Shown here: in pieces, positions 22,317 through 32,536 of the stretch
How positions within the stretch are numbered: position 1 is the stretch's first letter
Layout of the letters: every line of letters begins with the position of its first letter
Assembly: GCA_036385755.1 (NCBI GenBank)
Contig: DASVJU010000029.1
Span: 1-55,120, forward strand
Origin: Thermoanaerobaculia bacterium
Lineage (GTDB): Bacteria; Acidobacteriota; Thermoanaerobaculia; UBA5066
Length of the DNA: 55,120 nucleotides
Direction of reading: 5' to 3'
Program-made: the position numbers and the translations under genes
Notes under the pieces: generated by a model
Seen by the model: the letters and a program-made list of their open reading frames with translations, nothing else
The model's database searches: none
Told to the model about the DNA's origin: nothing

Positions 22317-22388
22317 TGGTAGGCCGCCATGCTCACGTGGTAGGTTGCGGCCCGAAAAAAGCATCGCGCCCCCCGCGAAAAGGCGTTC

Positions 22389-25924
<3,536 letters not shown>

Positions 25925-25928
<4 letters not shown>

Positions 25929-26227
25929 CGCCCGGCCGGACTCTCGAAGGCCGTCAGGATCGGCCGCCGGCCGGTCCCCTCACGCCCCGATCTCTTCCCG
26001 GGAGAGGTCTCGTCCTTCTCCTTCGGCGGGAGCGGCGTGATGAGCTCGTGCATCAGGAAAAACGCGATGATCATGAACCCGACGAGGTACCAGAGCTGGA
26101 AGAACAGCTGATTCGAGCCGTTCCGGTAGAAGCCGATCCCGAAAACCGGTAGCGTCGAGTACGCGCACAGCGCGACGAGAAAGAGCAGCACCGCCTTGTG
26201 GCCCTTGTGGGAGGTCGCGTCGCTCAT
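25925..26227 (-). CDS. Small 2-TM membrane protein, function unknown (divergent from the oxidase operon)
   Basis: 100 aa. AGGAGG lies 7 nt upstream of ATG 26227. The longer track ORF (to 26611) runs through the low-GC promoter region and is not credible. Its stop overlaps the smc stop on a CTAG palindrome. Confidence 0.6.
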
Positions 26228-26243
26228 CGTTCCGCCTCCTGTC

Positions 26244-26259
26244 TGAACTGAGACTCTGT
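26244..26259 (+). promoter_or_regulatory. Copy 1 of a 16-nt direct repeat TGAACTGAGACTCTGT, embedded in an imperfect palindrome
   Basis: Exact 16-mer, repeated 65 nt downstream. Here it forms AACTGAGAC-tct-GTCTGAGTT (26246-26266), with 8 of 9 positions complementary. This is an operator-like site in the divergent promoter region. Confidence 0.45.
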
Positions 26260-26307
26260 CTGAGTTCTTGACCGTGATGTTAACGCAACGCGAGGCGCAC
26301 GAGCGGC

Positions 26308-26335
26308 TTGAACTGAGACTCTGTTCCCTTATAGT
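26308..26335 (+). promoter_or_regulatory. Sigma-70-type promoter candidate for the oxidase operon (TTGAAC-N16-TATAGT), overlapping copy 2 of the 16-nt repeat
   Basis: TTGAAC at 26308-26313 and TATAGT at 26330-26335. Repeat copy 2 occupies 26309-26324. An SD-like GAGGGG and ATG 26358 follow. Confidence 0.5.
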
Positions 26336-26357
26336 AACCGTCCAGCGAGGGGACGAA

Positions 26358-27110
26358 ATGCACCATTGGCCTTTTTCCTGGTTGACGACCGTGGACGTCT
26401 CGCGGGACGGGTACCGGGCGGAAGCCCTGTTCTGGTACACGACGCTCATGTGCGTCATCGCCTTTACGCTCGTCACGTTCGCGCTCGTGTACTCCTCGTG
26501 GAAATACCGCGCGCGGCCGGGCGTCAAGGCGCTGTACACCCACGGCACCGACCGCAAGAGCTTCCTCGTCACAGGTATCCTCGCCGCCCTCGTCTTCGTG
26601 ACGATCGACATGAATCTCGTGAGGGTCTCTCAGGCCGACGTCAAGGAATACACGTACAACTGGCCCGTGTCGCCCGACACCGTGAAGATCGAGGTCATGC
26701 CGCAGCAGTGGGCGTGGAACATAAGGTACGCGGGGCCCGACGGCGTCTTCAACACCGCCGACGACGTCGTCACGCTGAACGAGATGCGCGTGCCGGTCGG
26801 ACGGCCGGTGATGCTGAACCTGAAGGCGAAGGACGTCATCCACAGCTTCTACATCCCGAACTTCCGCCTGAAACAAGACGCGAACCCCGGCTACGTGACG
26901 CGCACCTGGTTTCAGGCCGTCCAGCCGGGCAATTTCGAGATCGCCTGCTCGCAGATGTGCGGCTGGGCGCACTACCAGATGAAGGGCGATCTCATCGTGC
27001 AGCCGGAGGCCGACTTCGCGCGCTGGATGAAGGAGGCCGAAGGCGACGCGAAACGACGGTTCGACCCGGCCGACAAGGAACAACTCTGGGGCTGGGAGTG
27101 GGTGCAGTAG
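26358..27110 (+). CDS. coxB: Heme-copper oxidase subunit II (CuA subunit, no fused cytochrome c)
   Basis: Two N-terminal TM segments, then a cupredoxin domain with CuA ligand contexts VIHSFYIP and CSQMCGWAHYQM. I take ATG 26358 as the start; the track start 26268 lies in the promoter. Confidence 0.88.
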   Translation: MHHWPFSWLTTVDVSRDGYRAEALFWYTTLMCVIAFTLVTFALVYSSWKYRARPGVKALYTHGTDRKSFLVTGILAALVFVTIDMNLVRVSQADVKEYTYNWPVSPDTVKIEVMPQQWAWNIRYAGPDGVFNTADDVVTLNEMRVPVGRPVMLNLKAKDVIHSFYIPNFRLKQDANPGYVTRTWFQAVQPGNFEIACSQMCGWAHYQMKGDLIVQPEADFARWMKEAEGDAKRRFDPADKEQLWGWEWVQ

Positions 27111-27112
27111 AG

Positions 27113-27139
27113 ATGGGAGATATGGGAGACATGGGAGAC
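27113..27139 (+). repeat. Tandem 9-nt repeat x3 (ATGGGAGAY) at the coxA start
   Basis: ATGGGAGAT ATGGGAGAC ATGGGAGAC, followed by the related ATGGTTGAC. Encodes MGD-MGD-MGD-MVD. Confidence 0.9.
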
Positions 27140-28945
27140 ATGGTTGACGCAGCTCTGACCAAACCGGTCCGGCACGTTCACGTCGGGCCCGACTTCCACG
27201 CCGAACAACACATCCACCCGGAGCCGACCTCGTTCCTCGCGAAGTACATCTTCTCGTTCGACCACAAGGTCATCGCGAAGCAATTCCTCTGGTACGGCCT
27301 CTTCTTCCTCGCCATGGGCGGCCTCATGGCGATGATGATCCGCTGGCAGATCGCGTATCCCGGCACCGCATTCCCCGTGCTCGGCCAGCTCATGTGGCCG
27401 CAGAGCGGCGGCGTGATGCCGCCGCAGTCCTACGCGGCCTTCTTCACGATGCACGGCACCCTCATGATCTTCTTCGCGATCACGCCAATCCTCATCGGCG
27501 CGTTCGGGAACCTGCTCATCCCCCTCATGATCGGCGCGCGGGACATGGCGTTCCCCACGCTGAACCTCATGTCGTTCTGGACGAACGTCCTTGCCGGCCT
27601 CTGCATGGTGGTCTCGTTCTTCGTCCCGATGGGCGCGGCCGCCGGGGGCTGGCAGTCGTATCCGACGCTCTCGACGCTCGTGGGCTCGCCCGGACACGGC
27701 CAGACCCTCTGGGTCCTCGGCATCTTCCTGACCGGAAGCGCCTCGATCATGGGCGCCGTCAACTACATCACGACGGTCGTGCGCCTGCGCGCTCCCGGGA
27801 TGGGCTATTTCCAGATGCCGCTCTCCGTTTGGGGCATCTGGCTCACGGCGATCCTCAACGCCCTCTTCGTCCCGGTTCTCGCGGCGGGCGTCCTCCTGCT
27901 CTTCCTCGACCGCGTCTTCGGCAGCCACTTCTTCCTCGCCGGCGCCGCGATCACGAAGGGCGGCGGCGATCCGGTCCTCTACCAGCACCTCTTCTGGATC
28001 TTCGGCCACCCCGAGGTCTACATCCTCATCCTGCCCGCCTGGGGCATCGTGTCCGACCTCCTGTCGTTCTTCTCGCGCAAACCCGCGTTCGGCTACAAGG
28101 CGACGGCGCTCTCGATGAGCGTCATCACGCTGCTCTCCATGGTCGTGTACGGGCACCACATGTTCGTCGTCGGCATGAGCCCTCTTCTCTCGCAGGGGTT
28201 CATGACGCTCACGATGCTCATCTCGATCCCGTCCGCCGTGTTCTTCCTGAACTGGCTCGGGACGATGTGGCGGGGCTCCATCCGCTTCGCGACGCCCATG
28301 CTCTTCGCGGTCGGCGTCGTGTTCGTGTTCGGCCTCGGAGGCCTCACGGGCCTCCACCTCGGCGCGATCTCGTCCGACATCTACCTTCACGACTCGTACT
28401 TCGTGATCGGCCACTTCCACCTCACGATGGCGGCCTCGGTGCTGCTCGGCGCGTTCGCGGCGATCTACTTCTGGTTCCCGAAGATGTTCGGGAAGATGAT
28501 GAACGAGACGCTCGGCAAGTGGCACTTCTGGCTCACGATCGTTCCGATCACCGTCGTCTTCTGCGGAATGCTCGTCGTGGGCTATGCCGGGATGCAGCGC
28601 CGGCTCTACAACTACCAGGCCTACGAGTTCCTCAAGCACCTTCACCCGATCAACGTGTGGATGACGCGCGCGGCGCTTCTCCTCGGCGCCTCGCAGTTCC
28701 TCTTCGTCGCCAATTTCCTCTCGAGCCTGATCTCGGGGAAGAAGGCCTCGGAAAACCCCTGGGAGGTCGGCACGCTCGAGTGGACGATTCCGTCCCCGCC
28801 GCCCCACCACAACTACGACGAGATCCCCGTCGTGCTCCACGGCCCGCACGAATTCAACAATCCCGCCGTCACTGGCAAGGACTGGCTCGCCCAGGACGAG
28901 CCGATCGGCGACGAGCCCGCCGCGTTGGGAGCCGTCGGAAATTGA
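27113..28945 (+). CDS. coxA: Heme-copper oxidase subunit I
   Basis: In-frame tail of track ORF 26366..28945. Twelve or more TM helices carry canonical His contexts (FFTMHGTLMIFF, WIFGHPEVYILILP, YGHHMF, VIGHFHLTM). The start is one of four in-frame ATGs (MGDMGDMGDM). Confidence 0.93.
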   Translation: MGDMGDMGDMVDAALTKPVRHVHVGPDFHAEQHIHPEPTSFLAKYIFSFDHKVIAKQFLWYGLFFLAMGGLMAMMIRWQIAYPGTAFPVLGQLMWPQSGGVMPPQSYAAFFTMHGTLMIFFAITPILIGAFGNLLIPLMIGARDMAFPTLNLMSFWTNVLAGLCMVVSFFVPMGAAAGGWQSYPTLSTLVGSPGHGQTLWVLGIFLTGSASIMGAVNYITTVVRLRAPGMGYFQMPLSVWGIWLTAILNALFVPVLAAGVLLLFLDRVFGSHFFLAGAAITKGGGDPVLYQHLFWIFGHPEVYILILPAWGIVSDLLSFFSRKPAFGYKATALSMSVITLLSMVVYGHHMFVVGMSPLLSQGFMTLTMLISIPSAVFFLNWLGTMWRGSIRFATPMLFAVGVVFVFGLGGLTGLHLGAISSDIYLHDSYFVIGHFHLTMAASVLLGAFAAIYFWFPKMFGKMMNETLGKWHFWLTIVPITVVFCGMLVVGYAGMQRRLYNYQAYEFLKHLHPINVWMTRAALLLGASQFLFVANFLSSLISGKKASENPWEVGTLEWTIPSPPPHHNYDEIPVVLHGPHEFNNPAVTGKDWLAQDEPIGDEPAALGAVGN

Positions 28946-29541
28946 CGTCTCTCGCCCACGGCGTCCAGCGCCTCCCTCTCCCGGAGGAATCCCGGCGAAC
29001 CTCGTTCGTCGGGATGGTGATGGCGCTCGCGTCGTGGACGATGCTCTTCGTCGCGCTCTTCTTTTCGTATGCCGTCCTGAGGCTGAACGCCGCGACGTGG
29101 CCCCCGGACGGCCTCGCGCCCCTGCCGAAGGCGCTCCCGTTCCTGAACACGCTCGTTCTTCTCGCGTCCAGCCTGCTCCTTCACCGCGGCACGCGCCCCG
29201 AATCGGAAGAGAAGCCCGGTACGCTCCGGCGCGCCATCCTCGGGACGATGGCGCTCGGCGGCCTTTTCCTGGCGCTGCAGCTCGCCGTGTGGATCCCGCT
29301 CTGGCAGAGCGGATTTCGCATCGACAACACGGGGCCTTACGGGTCGATTTTCTATGGCCTCACCGTGTTCCATGCGCTCCACGTCCTCGCGGGACTCCTC
29401 GCGCTCGCTCTTCTCCTGCCCGGCGCCTTCTCGGGGCGCCATACCTCGGGCCGCTCGAGCTCCGTGCGCCTTTCGGCCATGTTCTGGCATTTCGTCGACG
29501 TCGTCTGGGTCGTCATGTTCGTCGCCGTCTATCTCGTTTGA
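28942..29541 (+). CDS. coxC: Heme-copper oxidase subunit III (first copy)
   Basis: In-frame tail of track ORF 27394..29541. The TTG start overlaps the coxA stop (TTGA). Motifs GSIFYGLTVFHALHVLAGL and FWHFVDVVWVVMFVAVY are typical of subunit III. Confidence 0.8.
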   Translation: MTSLAHGVQRLPLPEESRRTSFVGMVMALASWTMLFVALFFSYAVLRLNAATWPPDGLAPLPKALPFLNTLVLLASSLLLHRGTRPESEEKPGTLRRAILGTMALGGLFLALQLAVWIPLWQSGFRIDNTGPYGSIFYGLTVFHALHVLAGLLALALLLPGAFSGRHTSGRSSSVRLSAMFWHFVDVVWVVMFVAVYLV

Positions 29542-29543
29542 GA

Positions 29544-29580
29544 TCGGAAGAGAGAGAGAAAGACTTCTATGAAGGTCGGA
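29544..29580 (+). repeat. Purine-rich low-GC module, copy 4 (weaker match)
   Basis: TCGGAAGAGAGAGAGAAAGACTTCTATGAAGGTCGGA resembles the rc of 47891-47934 (TCGGAAGAGAAGAGAAAGAAGAGAGTTTTCTTAGAGGGTCCC). It spans the SD and start region of the cytochrome c gene. Confidence 0.4.
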
Positions 29581-30507
29581 CGGAAGAAAAACGATGGAAG
29601 GGCTTCGCGGTTGTCGGCGACGACGGCGGTCGCGGTGACGGCGGCAATGGCCGCGGTCCTGGCGGGCGGCGCCGGATGCTCCGGCCCGGGCCGGACCTTC
29701 ACCAAGACGATGACGCTCGGGGGGAAGAAGGTCTCGGCGCGCCGGCTGAACAACGGCGAGCACCTCTTCGTCACGTACTGCTCCGCGTGCCATGGCATGA
29801 AAGGCGACGGCAAAGGCCCGGCCTCGATCGGCCTCCGCCCGCCGCCGCGCAACTTCACACAGGGCCAGTTCAAGTTCGCGGCCGTGGCCAGCGGACAGCT
29901 TCCGAACGACGAGGATTTTCTCCGCATCATCCAGAAGGGCCTCCACGGCAGCGCCATGCTTCCCTGGAACGACGTCCCCGAGCGCGAGATCATGGACATC
30001 GTCCAGTACATCAAGACGCTCTCGCCGAAGTGGGCCGACAAGACGCCCGGCGAGCCGATCGTCCCCGGCCCGGATCCGTGGGGCGCCGAACGAAACGCCG
30101 TGGCGATTACGCGCGGGATGAAGGTCTACCACGGGATGGCACAGTGCCTCTCGTGCCACCCGGCGTACGAGACGAAGGAGGCGATCAACGCGGCGAGCCT
30201 GGAGCTGTCCAAACGCGAAGCGACGCTGCGTCCGGACGCGTACCACTCCGAGATGAAGGACAGCGACTACGGCTACAAGCTGATGCCCCCGGACTTCACG
30301 CGCGACCACGTCCGGTCGGGCGACGCGCTCGAGGACATCTACCGCACGATCGCCTCCGGCATCGGCGGCACGGCCATGCCCACGTGGAAGGGCGCGCTTC
30401 CCGACGACGACATCTGGGCGATGGCCTACTACGTGCGCTCCCTCATCGAGATCAAGGGCAAGCCCGAGGCCGACACGCGGCGGGAGAAGCTGGTCGCTGC
30501 GAAATGA
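29569..30507 (+). CDS. Diheme c-type cytochrome lipoprotein
   Basis: 312 aa. Lipobox LAGGAGC after a basic n-region. Two CxxCH motifs (CSACHGMKGDG and CLSCHPAYE). Confidence 0.85.
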   Translation: MKVGRKKNDGRASRLSATTAVAVTAAMAAVLAGGAGCSGPGRTFTKTMTLGGKKVSARRLNNGEHLFVTYCSACHGMKGDGKGPASIGLRPPPRNFTQGQFKFAAVASGQLPNDEDFLRIIQKGLHGSAMLPWNDVPEREIMDIVQYIKTLSPKWADKTPGEPIVPGPDPWGAERNAVAITRGMKVYHGMAQCLSCHPAYETKEAINAASLELSKREATLRPDAYHSEMKDSDYGYKLMPPDFTRDHVRSGDALEDIYRTIASGIGGTAMPTWKGALPDDDIWAMAYYVRSLIEIKGKPEADTRREKLVAAK

Positions 30508-31127
30508 CGGCTTCTCTCGTTTCTGGCAGCGTCACCGCGCCTTTCCCCCAACGCGTGGCCGCGCGGCTGACCGGGAGCCCGTGGTTCTGGGCCCTTCTCG
30601 TAGGGGCGGCGTTCACGTTGCCGCTCGTTCGCTCGGTCCGCCGGGCGCTGCCGCCCGCGCCGCCCGTCCTCGGCACGTTCCCCGCGTTCGCCCTCGTCGA
30701 TCAGGCCGGGAAGCCCTTCGTCGACGCCGATCTGCGCGGGCACCTCGTCATCCTCGAGTTCACGTCGGCCGAGGCCTTCGCCTCCGGCGGCTCCCCTCTC
30801 GCGAAGATGCAGCGGCGCGTGCGCAACACCGGCGAAGCGGTCCATCTCGTGAGCTTCGTCGATGCTGCCGGCGTGTCGACTCTCTCTTCCCTCGCGAAAA
30901 ACGCTGGGGCCGGTGCGTGGCGCTGGACGCTCGCGGGCGGAGACGTCAAGACTTTGGAGGCCGCCACGCTGAAAGCTCTTCAGGCGCCCGAAGGCGGCAC
31001 CCTCGCGGGCCGGCTCCTCCTGCTCGACGGCCGGGGCCGCATGCGCCGGCTCACCGCAGCGTCTCCGGACGAGATCGACCTTATGATGCGCGACACCGGA
31101 CTCCTCGTGAACATGGAAGGACTGTGA
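30504..31127 (+). CDS. SCO1/SenC-like thioredoxin-fold protein lacking the CxxxC...H copper site
   Basis: In-frame tail of track ORF 29034..31127. ATG overlaps the previous stop (ATGA). One TM segment, then an SCO-like pattern (FALVDQAGKPFVDADLRGHLVILEF...LLLLDGRGRM). Where SCO proteins carry CPxxCP the sequence is TSAEAFAS. Confidence 0.6.
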   Translation: MTASLVSGSVTAPFPQRVAARLTGSPWFWALLVGAAFTLPLVRSVRRALPPAPPVLGTFPAFALVDQAGKPFVDADLRGHLVILEFTSAEAFASGGSPLAKMQRRVRNTGEAVHLVSFVDAAGVSTLSSLAKNAGAGAWRWTLAGGDVKTLEAATLKALQAPEGGTLAGRLLLLDGRGRMRRLTAASPDEIDLMMRDTGLLVNMEGL

Positions 31128-31742
31128 ATGAGCGCTCGCTCTGAAGCTACGTACGCTCCGGCACCGGCTCCGCACGCGGACCCCACCTTCGGCACCGCGA
31201 CGACGGGCAAGGTGGGGATGTGGATTTTCCTCGTCACCGACGCGATGACCTTCGGCGGCCTGCTCCTCGCCTACGGCATCCTCCGCGCGGGCAACAAGGA
31301 ATGGCCCGCGCCGACGAGCGTCCTCGGCATCCCGTTCACGGCCGTCATGACGTTCGTCCTCATCGTCAGCTCGCTCACGATGGTTCTGGGGCTCGACGAG
31401 GCGAAGAAGGGCAACCGGCTGGGCACGGTGAAGTGGCTCCTCGCGACGGCCGGAGGCGGGATCTTCTTCCTGTGCGGCCAGGTCTACGAGTACCGCCACC
31501 TCATCCACGAGGGCTTCACGCTGCCCTCCGGGAACTTCCCGGCGACGTTCTACGTCATCACGAGCTTCCACGGCGCGCACGTCTTCACGGGCGTCTGCTA
31601 CCTGATCCTGACCGCCTTCGGCGTGTGGCGCGGCAAGCACCTCGAAAACGGAGCGAACTTCGTCGAGATCACGGGGCTCTTCTGGCACTTCGTCGACCTC
31701 GTCTGGATCCTCGTCTTCACGCTCGTCTACCTCATCCCGTGA
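31128..31742 (+). CDS. Heme-copper oxidase subunit III (second copy)
   Basis: 204 aa. MWIFLVTDAMTFGGLL, FYVITSFHGAHVFTGV and FWHFVDLVWILVFTLVY are typical of subunit III. Confidence 0.85.
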   Translation: MSARSEATYAPAPAPHADPTFGTATTGKVGMWIFLVTDAMTFGGLLLAYGILRAGNKEWPAPTSVLGIPFTAVMTFVLIVSSLTMVLGLDEAKKGNRLGTVKWLLATAGGGIFFLCGQVYEYRHLIHEGFTLPSGNFPATFYVITSFHGAHVFTGVCYLILTAFGVWRGKHLENGANFVEITGLFWHFVDLVWILVFTLVYLIP

Positions 31743-31752
31743 AGAGGACCGC

Positions 31753-32106
31753 ATGACCGAACACGCCGTCGCCGTCCACGCCGCTCCCGAGATGCAAACG
31801 CCGCATGCCGACCACCGGCGTGACTACTTCCGGATCTTCTGGGTGCTCCTCGCCCTCACGATCCTCGAGGTCGGCGTCTCGTACACGAAGATCGACAAGC
31901 GGATCATCTCGGCCGTCATGATCGCGCTCGCGCTCTCGAAGGCCTCGTTCGTCGGCCTCTACTACATGCACCTGAAATACGAGAAGCGCTCGCTCCTGTG
32001 GCTCGCGTTCCTGCCGCTCCCGCTCGCGGGGTTCTACGCCGTGTTCCTCATGCTCGACGCCTTCAACCTCCTCAGGGGCGTGCCGGTTCCCTGGGCGCAC
32101 CTCTGA
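31753..32106 (+). CDS. Bacterial cytochrome c oxidase subunit IV family protein
   Basis: 117 aa with three TM segments. YFRIFWVLLALTILEV and KASFVGLYYMHLKYE are characteristic of the prokaryotic subunit IV family. Confidence 0.75.
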   Translation: MTEHAVAVHAAPEMQTPHADHRRDYFRIFWVLLALTILEVGVSYTKIDKRIISAVMIALALSKASFVGLYYMHLKYEKRSLLWLAFLPLPLAGFYAVFLMLDAFNLLRGVPVPWAHL

Positions 32107-32113
32107 GCCTGCG

Positions 32114-32401
32114 ATGAAGCCTCCCCTTCGCGCCGCGCTCGCCATGCTCGCCACAGCCGCCGCGCTCCTCGCGCAGGAAGCGATGGCGTGCCCGTCGTGC
32201 GCGGGATCCGCATCGCCGAAGGACCCGAACATCTGGCCGCTCGTCGGCCTCTTCATGCTCGTGCCCTGGATCCTCGCGGCAGCCGTGACGATCCTCGTCC
32301 GGCGCGAGTCGACGTCGTTCTTCGGCGTCAAGAGAAGCGCGCACGCCCCGCTCGCCGACGTCCTCGCCTTCTCGAAGACGCGCGGGTCCCGGCCCTTTTG
32401 A
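32114..32401 (+). CDS. Small exported/membrane protein with a CPSC motif (oxidase-operon associated)
   Basis: 95 aa. Signal peptide MKPPLRAALAMLATAAALLAQEA, then MACPSCAGSASP, then one TM segment (WPLVGLFMLVPWILAAAVTILV). Confidence 0.55.
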   Translation: MKPPLRAALAMLATAAALLAQEAMACPSCAGSASPKDPNIWPLVGLFMLVPWILAAAVTILVRRESTSFFGVKRSAHAPLADVLAFSKTRGSRPF

Positions 32402-32536
32402 CGCGCGAGGACGACAGGCCCCGGGAGGGCACCTCACGATCCCGGCCCGTGACCGAGACCGGGAGGTCCAGGTCCACGAGGAGCGTGAGGTTCGTCACGG
32501 GGAGACGATGCCTCGTTCCTGGCGTTACCATGCGCT

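Noticed and set aside
22317-22388. GTGGTAGG occurs twice, about 20 nt apart, upstream of smc
   Set aside because: An 8-nt repeat in a 70-nt region is compatible with chance, and I could not associate any promoter hexamers with it.
26268-26357. Track start (26268) for the coxB ORF, adding 30 N-terminal codons
   Set aside because: The extension runs through the low-GC promoter region, including the -35 and -10 candidates and the repeat. ATG 26358 is preceded by an SD-like GAGGGG and gives a normal subunit II N-terminus.
26940-26990. CuA site reads CSQMCGWAHYQM, with Gln instead of the usual Glu (CSExCG)
   Set aside because: As far as I recall, a Gln at this position also occurs in the Thermus ba3 oxidase (CNQYCG). 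It is therefore a known natural variant and not evidence of an unusual centre.
27113-27148. Tandem ATGGGAGAY units considered as a CRISPR-like or minisatellite array
   Set aside because: There are only three to four 9-nt units with no spacers, inside a coding start. It is a simple tandem repeat, and I saw no CRISPR array in the window.
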